A DNA stretch of 12,326 nucleotides, from NCBI RefSeq assembly GCF_006345805.1, contig NW_021826650.1:1-12326 (forward strand), given 5' to 3'. The stretch's first letter is position 1. Every line of letters starts with the position of its first letter. Made by a program: the position numbers and the translations under genes. The DNA comes from Octopus sinensis (Eukaryota). This document shows positions 1 to 7,714 of the stretch, one piece after another. Under the pieces are notes generated by a model. It made no database searches. It worked only from the letters and a program-made list of their open reading frames with translations, and was not told where the DNA came from.

Positions 1-215
1 TATATATAGTTAATTCAAAGAAATGAACAAAAAATTAACTATGACAAACAACAAGAGGACGTGCACAAGAAAAACATTAGTTTGACGTCAATAAAAAGTG
101 AGAGTTTTGACATTCGAACACATAGCTCCTTGTCAGAAAGGTGAAAGGAAAAAGTCCAAAGGAAAAGAATTGCATTTTGTTGTCTCTCCATTCGTTTTCC
201 TCTCAATCCTCACAA
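1..215 (-). mobile_element. Probable Penelope-like element terminal (pLTR) remnant with decayed minimal hammerhead motif
   Basis: Minus strand of 105-140 reads CTTT-CTGACAA-G-GAGC-tatgt-GTTC-GAAT-GTC-AAAA, a degraded version of the motif at 9989-10024. It is followed on that strand by a T-rich tract, as at 10025-10123. Element starts before the window. Confidence 0.4.
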
Positions 216-227
216 AATTGGTGTGTA

Positions 228-231
228 TATA

Positions 232-262
<31 letters not shown>

Positions 263-269
263 ATATATA
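228..269. repeat. (TA)n microsatellite
   Basis: Near-perfect TA dinucleotide run, flanked by TGGTGTGTA on both sides. Confidence 0.95.
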
Positions 270-414
270 TGGTGTGTAATTGGCCAACCTCCTCTGTAGT
301 GGTAGCAGCTCTACACTTTCAAAGCCCTTAAAGTGAGGAACTTTTCAGCACTCCTCGTATGTGTGTGTCTATCTATATATATATATATATATATACACAC
401 ACATATATATATAA

Positions 415-965
415 TTTTTCACTTGTTTTAGTTATTGGACTGCAGCCATGGTGGGGCACCAACCTTCAGGGGTTTTTAGTCAAAATAAATCGACCCCAGT
501 ACTGATTTAGGATTTTTTTTTTTTTGAAGCCTGGTACTTAATTCTATCAGTCTCTTTTCGTTGAACCGCTAAGTCATGATGTAAACAAACCAATACAGGT
601 TGTGAAGCAGCGTCAAACACAAAAATACGTGCACACATACGTGATGGGCTTCTTTCGGTTTGGATGTAAATAAAGCAACACCGATGGTCAAGCAGCTGCA
701 GCAAACACAAATGCACACACACACACACACACAATGGGATTCCTTCAGTTTCCTTTAAGTAAATAAACCAACAGCAATCATCAAGCAGCTGTGGCAGACA
801 ACTACAAAATCACACACATACACACAATGGGCTTCTTTCAGTTTCCATCCACCAAATCCACTCATAAGGTTTCTGATCAGCACAGGACTTCAGCCGAAGA
901 CACTTATCCAAATGCCATGCAGTAGGACTGAACTGGGTACCATGAGGTTAGGAAGGAAACTTCTT
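415..965 (-). mobile_element. tRNA-derived CORE-type SINE (family A), diverged, with triplicated central segment
   Basis: Reverse complement aligns with the intact copy at 11646-12067: head gttcagtcc...ggataagtgtcttc, ggaaactgaaagaagccc, gtttgtttacatc, cttagcggttc, aagtaccaggc, catggctgcagtcc. Confidence 0.8.
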
Positions 966-998
966 GGTTAGGGTGTTGGACTCAATATCATATATATA

Positions 999-1305
999 TC
1001 TTTATATATAAAATTTAAGTTGTGTGTGTGAGAGTCTGTCTCCTCCGATTTAGATCCCTAACTGCTCCCACATTTTGCGGTGCAGTTTAACCAAAACTGG
1101 GTATCTTATAGTCGTCATTCATATCGAGCCCTTCTGGGTATTAGCGCACGTCTACGATGAGTCTACGATTTAAAAATAAATTTACCATCATTTTTCCGCA
1201 TTTTTAATGATTTTTGCTCGGGTTATATAAGGGAAGTAACTCTCTAAAAATGCTTATATAGTTATTTCCCTTACAAACCCGAGCAACGCCGGGCGATACT
1301 GCTAG
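999..1305 (+). mobile_element. Non-autonomous Helitron (307 bp)
   Basis: 5' A|TC start (TCTTTATATATAAAA); 3' CTAG|T end (1302-1305); GC-rich hairpin CCCGAGCAACGCCGGG (1278-1293) 8 nt upstream of CTAG; inserted between A and T with no TSD. These are the canonical Helitron hallmarks. Confidence 0.85.
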
Positions 1306-1333
1306 TATATATATATGTATATATATATATGAA

Positions 1334-1592
1334 GGCATGTAGCCTAGTGGTTACAATATAGAACTCACAATCATGGGATTGTGGGTTCTATTCCCAGACT
1401 GGGCAGTGTGTTGTGTTCTTGAGTAAAACACTTCATTTTACATTGCTCTGGCCCACCAAGCTTTAAATGGGTGACCCCGCAATGGACTGTTCCATTGCAG
1501 GGGGTATGTTGGACTGTGCAGCTAATGGAGAAGCTTCATTCGACAGCTAAAACAATGCAAAGCACATTGTAATGAATGGTCCATACTGTGAC
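1334..1592 (+). mobile_element. tRNA-derived SINE of another CORE-like family, diverged
   Basis: A box TAGCCTAGTGG (1340-1350), B-box-like GGTTCTATTCC (1384-1394), then CORE-like GTGTTCTTGAGTAAAACACTT. The 3' end is approximate. Confidence 0.65.
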
Positions 1593-1609
1593 ATATATAT
1601 TATATTATA

Positions 1610-1690
1610 TACATAAAGCACGATCATTGCTAGAAATAGCAGCCAGTAAGCTATCGGCTGCTATTTCTAGCAATGATTGTACTTCATGTA
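1610..1690. other. Near-perfect 81-nt hairpin (35-bp stem, 11-nt loop)
   Basis: 1620-1644 pairs with 1656-1680 (24 Watson-Crick pairs plus 1 G.T). The stem extends to 1610/1690 with two mismatches. Confidence 0.9.
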
Positions 1691-1743
1691 CATCAGCTTT
1701 ATTCTTGCTGGAAAGTAATATTTTTAATAATATTTATATTTCT

Positions 1744-2054
1744 TATGTGTGTGTGTGTATGCATGTGTGTATGTATGCATGTGTGTGTATGAATGTGTGT
1801 ATGCATGTGTGTGTGTGTGTGTGTGTGTTCTCATATTCATATACATGTATATGAATATGAGAAACACATATATATATATATATATATATACATACATATA
1901 TACACACATACATAACACACAAATACATACATGTATAGTTACATATACATGTATGTATAAACACACAGATACATAACTAAATCCATATATTCATGTCACA
2001 GTAAATATTTGTATGTACTTATATACACACACATACATATATATAAACACACAC

Positions 2055-2085
<31 letters not shown>

Positions 2086-2118
2086 TATATAAACACACAC
2101 ATATATATATATATACAT

Positions 2119-2149
<31 letters not shown>

Positions 2150-2595
2150 CATACACACACGCACACACATATATATAAACACACCATATATATATACATA
2201 CACACACACACACATATATATAAACACACACATATATATATACATACACACACACACATATAAACACACACATATATATATATATACATACACACACACA
2301 CATATATATATACATACACATATATATACATACACACACACACACATAATATACATACACACATATATAACATACACACACACACATATATAACTACACA
2401 CACACACATAATATACATACACACACACACACATATATATATACATCACACACACATCACACGACCATACACCACACACACCACACCACACCAACATATA
2501 CACACACACACACACACCACACATATATACATACACACACACACACATACACATACACACACACACATATACACCACACACACATATATATACAT

Positions 2596-2629
<34 letters not shown>

Positions 2630-2695
2630 TTATATATATATATATATACACACATATATATATATATACATACATACATACATACACACACATAT
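1744..2695. repeat. Compound (TG)n/(TA)n/(CA)n microsatellite field
   Basis: Directly visible; interrupted by short unique stretches near 1828-1863 and 1975-2012. Source of the HT/YI/CV ORFs. Confidence 0.95.
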
Positions 2696-2908
2696 AAGGA
2701 ATTTTGTTAACATCTTCGTTCAATTCCATTCTTTCATTTATTCATATACAACACACAAATTTCTACACAAGAACCTGGGGTTTCTACCTTTGGATAGGTC
2801 GCTTCAACCGTGTTTCTGACATGAATTTGCTACCCAGGTTTCGGTTAAACGAATTTTCCATGCTGACGATAAGCATAGGATAATTCATTCACCTACTTAC
2901 ATACACAT

Positions 2909-3184
2909 ATCATCATCATCATCATCGTTTAACGTCCGTTCTCCATGCTAGCATGGGTTGGACGGTTCGACCGGGGTTCTGGGAAGCCAGAAGGCTGCAC
3001 CAGGCTCCAGTCTAATCTGGCAATGTTTCTACAGCTGGATGCCCTTCCCAACGCCAACCACTCCGTGAGTGTAGTGGGTGCTTTTTACGTGCCACCTGCA
3101 CAGGTGCCAGGCGAGGCTGGCAACGGCCACGGTCGGATTGGTGTATTTTATGTGCCACCGGCACGGAAGCCAGTCGAGGCGGTG

Positions 3185-3186
<2 letters not shown>
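2909..3186 (-). mobile_element. 5'-truncated RTE-type LINE 3' end
   Basis: (GAT)n tail on the minus strand, then the same sequence as 3697-3960 (CCATGCTAGCATGG, CTACAGCTGGATGCCCTTCC). RTE identity comes from the linked ORF2 C-terminus in the 3697-4543 copy. Confidence 0.8.
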
Positions 3187-3222
<36 letters not shown>

Positions 3223-3303
3223 ATACATACACATACATATATATAAACACACACACACATATATATACATATATATATATACACACACAAATATATACAT
3301 ATA

Positions 3304-3338
<35 letters not shown>

Positions 3339-3415
3339 TATATACACATTCACACGCACATATATATATATACACATATATACAACTATACACACCCACA
3401 CATATACACACATGT
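3187..3415. repeat. (TA)n/(CA)n microsatellite
   Basis: Directly visible. Confidence 0.95.
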
Positions 3416-3854
3416 ACTTTTATATACTGTACTCATACATACATCACAACATTTCCAAACTAGAGTTCTCTTTCCCCCAAACTTTCGACGTTCTCAGAGA
3501 AACAGGTCCAAATAGAATATTCACAAACGAATGAAAATTTGAATAAATTGTGTTTAATTCTTGTGATAGTGACCCCTTTTGAGACTAACCCTTTCTTTTA
3601 TGATACAAACTTCCTGTTTTAAAGATATCTAAATTAAAACCATCCATCAAATTCCACATTAATTGGCTTTCATCCTTTCAGGGTTGATAAAATAAATCAT
3701 CATCATCATTGTTTAACGTCCATTCTCCATGGGTTGGACAGTTCGACCGGGGATCTGGGAAGCCAGAAGGCTGCACCAGGCTCCAGTCTGATCTGGCAGT
3801 GTTTCTACAGCTGGATGCCCTTCCTAAGGCCAACCACTCTGTGAGTGTAGTGGC

Positions 3855-4141
3855 TGCTTTTTACTTTCCACCAGGCACAGGTGCCAGGCGAGGCTGGCAA
3901 CGGCCACGATCGGATTGGTGCATTTTACGTGCCACCAGCACGGAAGCCAGTCGAGGCGGAGCTGGCATCGGCCACGATTCGGATGGTGCTTTTTACGTGC
4001 CACCAGCACAGGTGCCAGGGCGAGGCTGGCAACAGCCACGATCAGATTGGTGCATTTTACGTGCCACCGGCATGGAAGCCTGTCTAGGCGGCGCTGGCAT
4101 CGGCCACGTTCAGATGGTGCTTTTTACATGCCACCGGCACA
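3855..4141. repeat. Alternating 64/68-bp tandem repeat (higher-order unit ~132 bp) in the RTE 3' UTR
   Basis: TGC(T/A)TTTTACGTGCCACC recurs at 3855, 3919, 3987, 4051 and 4118. Units alternate GGTGCCAGG-type and GGAAGCCAGTC-type. Confidence 0.85.
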
Positions 4142-4471
4142 GGGATCGCAACTGCAGTTTCCATTGATTTTGATGTTGGTGTACTTGACTCAATGGATCT
4201 CCTCAAGCACAGGGTCGAAATGGTGTTTCTTCACTTGCCACCTGCACAGGAGTCAGTCCAGCGGTCCTGGCAACTGCCGGGTGCCAGTCATAGGATTGGT
4301 TCAATTTCGATTTCACTTGCCCCAACAAGTCTTCGCAAGCAGAGTTTAGTGTCCAATGAAGGGAGGTTGGCATGGGTGCCTGTCGTCGGATGAGGTTCGA
4401 TTTCGACTTCACTTGCCTCAACAGGTCTTCGTGTGTCCAAGGGAAGAAAGGCATGCATAAGTGGGCTGGAC

Positions 4472-4543
4472 TCACTTGTCCTGCCGGGTCTTCTCACGCA
4501 CAGCATATTTCCAAAGGTCTCGGTCGCTGGTCATTGCCTCAGT
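4472..4543 (-). pseudogene. RTE ORF2 (reverse transcriptase protein) C-terminal remnant
   Basis: Translates TEAMTSDRDLWKYAVREKTRQDK*. This fits the RTE-clade terminal DR..W...V motif and aligns with the remnant at 7942-8085. Confidence 0.75.
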
Positions 4544-4761
4544 CCAATTGAAAATTAGGGGACAATGTAATCAACTTTCCAAAATTGCCGGCCTTGTGCC
4601 AAAATTTAAAACTAATTAGTCCCAAACACCTGATTAATAGTCACAAGGTTGTTTTTACTGAATTCTTCGTTATTTTAAAAATTAATTGAAACAAAGGCAG
4701 TGTATGGTAACAAAAGGCTTAAAGTGATCGCAAACCCATCTATTAAAATTTCATATTTTCA

Positions 4762-4860
4762 GGTTCCGTCTGACTGCACAGCACCTCGAGTAAAAGTGTT
4801 CAACTATGGCCCAGGGCCAGCCAATGCCTCCTAGTGAGTGAATTTGGTAGTCAGAAATTG

Positions 4861-4891
<31 letters not shown>

Positions 4892-5123
4892 TGTGTGTGC
4901 ATTTGCCCCCAAGCTCACCACTTGATAAAATGGTTTGTTGGTTTGTTTACATCCTCATAACTTAGCAGTTTGGCAAAAGAGACCAACAGAATAAGTACCA
5001 GGCTTATAAAAATAAAACACAAAAAAAAACAAAAAAAAATATTTGTTTGACTAAAATTCTTCAGGGCAGTGCCCCAGCATGGCCATAGTCCAATGACTGA
5101 AACAAGTAAAAAAATTAAAAGAT
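4762..5123 (+). mobile_element. Family A CORE-type SINE, 5'-truncated and diverged, with central (TG)n
   Basis: Colinear with 11696-12060: gtttgtttacatcc, aacttagcagtttggcaaaagagacc, ccccagcatggcc, aatgactgaaacaagtaaaa. Confidence 0.75.
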
Positions 5124-5218
5124 TATTTTTCAAAATTAATCACAACAAAATGGGAGTATTTGGACAGAATCAGGGTAGGAAAAGAGTAGATGCTATATTT
5201 GGGGGTTTATAATGAATA

Positions 5219-5435
5219 TGCAGGCATGGTTGGGTGGTTAAGAAGTTTGCTTCTGAACCACATGGTCTTGGGTTCAGTTCCACTGTGAAGCACCTTGCTC
5301 AAATGTCTTCTACTATAGGCCCAGAGATGACCAAAGCCTTGAGTGAATTCGGTGGATGGAAACTGAAAGAAGCCTAGCCCCAAGGCTGACCAAAGCCATG
5401 ACCAGATTCAGCAGATGGAAACTGAAAGAAGTCCA
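5219..5435 (+). mobile_element. SINE 5' half (tRNA head plus CORE-like region) with a 59-bp internal duplication
   Basis: Aligns with 11646-11800. GACCAAAGCC...GATGGAAACTGAAAGAAG occurs at 5329 and 5388. Confidence 0.75.
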
Positions 5436-5516
5436 CTTGTGGTGTATGTGAGTGGTAAAGAAGCTTGTGTCCCAATGATATAGCCCTGGGTTCAATACCA
5501 CTGTGTATCACCATAA

Positions 5517-6383
5517 CCCTTTAGTATTTAAACCAGCCATATACAGCCAAAATATTCTACCTGCTTTAGATTTAAACTGGCCAGATCCTGCCTATCACCC
5601 CTACCCTACAATGCCATTCTGAAACTAAACAATCACATTATTGAAATCTCAAAGCTATGAGATAATGCATGATTAATTCAAAACAAGGCCAGATCCAGCC
5701 TATCTCACCTACCCTACAATGCCATTCTGAAACTAAACAATCACATCACTGAAATCTCAAAGCTATGAGATAATGCATGATTAATTCAAAACAAGGCCAG
5801 ATCCAGCATCTCACACCTACCCTACAATGCCATTCTGAAACTAAACAATCACATCATTGAAATCTCAAAGCTATGAGATAATGCATGATTAATTCAAAAC
5901 AAGGCCAGATCCAGCATCTCACACCTACCCTACAATGTCATTCTAAAAATAAACAATCCCATCATTGAAATCTCAAAGCTATGAGATAATGCATGATTAA
6001 TTCAAAACAAGGCCAGATCCAGCCTCTCACACCTACCCTACAATGTCATTCTAAAAATAAACAATCCCATCATTGAAATCTCAAAGCTATGAGATAATGC
6101 ATGATTAATTCAAAACAAGGCCAGATCCAGCCTCTCACACCTACCCTACAAGTTCATCTAAAAATAAACAATCCCATCATTGAAATCTCAAAGCTATAAG
6201 ATAATGCATGATTAATTCAAAACAAGGCCAGATCCTGCCTATCACACCTACCCTACAATGCCATTCTGAAACTAAACAATCACAACATTGAAATCTCGGA
6301 GCTACAAGATATTAAAGGAGTAATTCCAAGCAATGGATATAAATATTATATTTGACAGAGTAATCTGGAGGCTACATAAATGG
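5517..6383. mobile_element. piggyBac-type MITE carrying the 108-bp array
   Basis: aTAA|CCCTTTAG left end and degenerate TAAATGG|TTAA right end. It exactly interrupts the SINE head. Confidence 0.5.
5579..6310. repeat. 108-bp tandem array, about 6.7 copies
   Basis: GGCCAGATCC at 5579, 5687, 5795, 5903, 6011, 6119 and 6226 (period 108, once 107). Confidence 0.97.
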
Positions 6384-6435
6384 TTAAGTGTCTTAAACGA
6401 TAATCCTGGGTTGACCAAAGCCTCTTGTACAGATA

Positions 6436-7203
6436 CAGGGTGGGCCAAAAGTAGGTATACACCTTTAAAATTAACGTATTTACTTTTTTTTACAAGTATC
6501 ATGAAAAACGGGAAATAATTTGAGTCAAGAACAAAGTTGAGCAATTGCAAGATAAAACTGTGTTTTCATCATCATCATCATCGTCATCATCATCATTTAA
6601 CATCCGCTTTCCATGCTAGCATGGGTTGGACGATTTGACTGAGATCTGGCGAACCAGACTCCAATCTGATCTGGCAGAGTTTCTACAGCTGGATGCCCAT
6701 CCTAACGCCAACCACTCCGATAGTGTAAGTGGGTGCTTTTACGTGCCACCAGCACGAGGGCCAGTTTGGTGGTACTGGCAACGGCCACGTCCAAATGGTG
6801 CTTTTTATGTGCCACCTGCACAGGAGCCAGTCCAGCGGCACTGGTGACGTCCTCGCTCGAATGTTTCACGTGCGACCAGCACAAGTGCTAGTAAGGCAAC
6901 ACAGGTAACGATCACGCTCGAATGGTGTGTTTAACATGCCATCGGCTCGAAGGCCAGCTTGTTGCTCTGGCAACGATCTCACTCGTATGGTACTCTTAGC
7001 GCTCCACTAGCAACGGATGCCAGTCACCGAATTTGATTTTGACTTCAATTTCACTTGCCTCAACTGGTCTTCAGAGGCGGAGTTTAGTGTCCAATGAAGA
7101 AAAGGCACGCATAAGTGGACTGGTTACACCCCTAGCATAGGCCAAATGTAATTGTAATAAATAGGTGTAAATGTAACAAAATACCTATTTTTAGCCCACC
7201 CTG
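6436..7203. mobile_element. Tc1/mariner-type MITE (~190 bp without its insert) interrupted by an RTE fragment
   Basis: TIRs 6436-6458 (CAGGGTGGGCCAAAAGTAGGTAT) and 7181-7203 match 21/23, flanked by TA at 6434-6435 and 7204-7205. Confidence 0.8.
6566..7144 (-). mobile_element. RTE LINE 3' UTR fragment, distinct subfamily
   Basis: Long (GAT)n tail (6566-6596), same conserved terminus as the other copies, degenerate ~60-bp internal repeats, and distal similarity to 4300-4470. Confidence 0.8.
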
Positions 7204-7577
7204 TATATGTGCCTCTGTGAGTGTCCCCGTCCTCACCTAGACATCATGCAATGGTTGTGAATGAGCATTATTATTATCCAATCAATGTTGTTTGGCTCCT
7301 GTCTTTCACGGAAATATATCAAGGCAAATGGTGAAATACTAATTTGCTTGGAAACTGGTAGGTGTTTGGCAAAGGAAGAGCATCCAGCTGTAGAAATTCT
7401 GCCTCGATAAATTACACCCGACCCTTGCAAACTTGGAAAAGTGGACATTAAAACGATGACAATGAAGATGCCGGATATATCCCATAAGGCATGGAAAAGC
7501 TACTTCCATTTGCAGCCAGTTAGGAGACCTAAGAAAAACAACCCCTTAATAAATAATTAAATGGGGATCTGGTTTAA

Positions 7578-7685
7578 CCTTTAGCACACTGTAGGTGCAT
7601 CATGTCACCATGTGAGTTTTCTCCCCTCTAATAATAAAGTACTGGCAGGGGACACAACTCTAGAGAAAATGCAGTGTGTTAAAGG
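7578..7685. mobile_element. Minimal piggyBac-type MITE (108 bp)
   Basis: TTAA (7574-7577) | CCTTTAGCACACTG ... CAGTGTGTTAAAGG | TTAA (7686-7689). The 14-bp TIRs have one mismatch. Confidence 0.8.
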
Positions 7686-7714
7686 TTAAACAAGACATCG
7701 AGGAAGATGAACGG

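Larger units (their letters stand above)
3697..4543 (-). mobile_element. 5'-truncated RTE-clade LINE: ORF2 C-terminus, ~775-bp 3' UTR and (GAT)n tail
   Basis: Tail at 3697-3709; 3' UTR with internal tandem repeats; ORF2 end at 4472-4543. Confidence 0.85.
3665..4612 (+). mobile_element. Fragment of family-C-like SINE split by the RTE insertion (3665-3696 plus 4544-4612)
   Basis: Joining the halves gives GCTTTCATCCTTTCAGGGTTGATAAAATAAAT|CCAATTGAAAATTAGGGGACAATGTAATCAACT. This is colinear with the reverse complement of 9461-9526 (GCCTTTCATCCTTTCGGGCTCAATAAATTAAGTA|CCAGTTACGTACTGGGTTCAATGTAATCGACT). TAATT occurs on both sides (3660-3664, 4613-4617). Confidence 0.6.
3589..4718. mobile_element. 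Degenerate piggyBac-type MITE split by nested insertions (arms ~3589-3664 and ~4613-4718)
   Basis: Ends cTAA|CCCTTT ... AAAGGC|TTAA. The internal sequence resembles an octopus TTAA-MITE from recall only. Confidence 0.4.
5439..7470 (+). mobile_element. Old RTE-tailed SINE split into three pieces (5439-5512, ~6386-6435, 7204-7470)
   Basis: The head stops at ...TCACC and resumes after the insertion as AAGTGTCTT...GACCAAAGCC (intact copy: GCACCTTGGGCAAGTGTCTT...GACCAAAGCC). The third piece ends in an RTE-like tail GGAAGAGCATCCAGCTGTAGAAA...GGACATTAAAACGATGAC. Linking the third piece is inference. Confidence 0.6.

Noticed and set aside
966-990. GGTTAGGGTGTTGGACTC as a SINE head fragment or telomeric seed
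   Set aside because: Too short to support either; only one TTAGGG unit.
1724-2729. Many long ORFs (up to 206 aa) rich in CV/YI/HT
   Set aside because: They are translations of TG/TA/CA dinucleotide repeats, which lack stop codons in several frames; they are open on both strands and show no protein-like complexity.
2862-2885. CTGACGA as a third hammerhead core
   Set aside because: No stem II or GAAA follows.
3855-4141. Repeat-spacer (CRISPR-like) appearance of the TTTTACGTGCCACC motif
   Set aside because: The intervening sequences are themselves repeated (X-Y-X-Y), the context is a eukaryotic retroelement, and there are no cas genes.
3709-4506. Overlapping ORFs in several frames (152, 144, 90 aa and others)
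   Set aside because: They lie in the GC-richer tandemly repeated RTE 3' UTR. The only protein-like part is the 24-codon ORF2 end at 4472-4543.
5579-6310. 108-bp unit (36 codons) as a coding repeat or a CRISPR-like array
   Set aside because: No ORF spans the units in the six-frame track, and the units are contiguous near-identical copies with no unique spacers.
7578-7685. The MITE length (108 bp) equals the tandem array period
   Set aside because: There is no sequence similarity beyond the generic CCTTTAG end; treated as coincidence.
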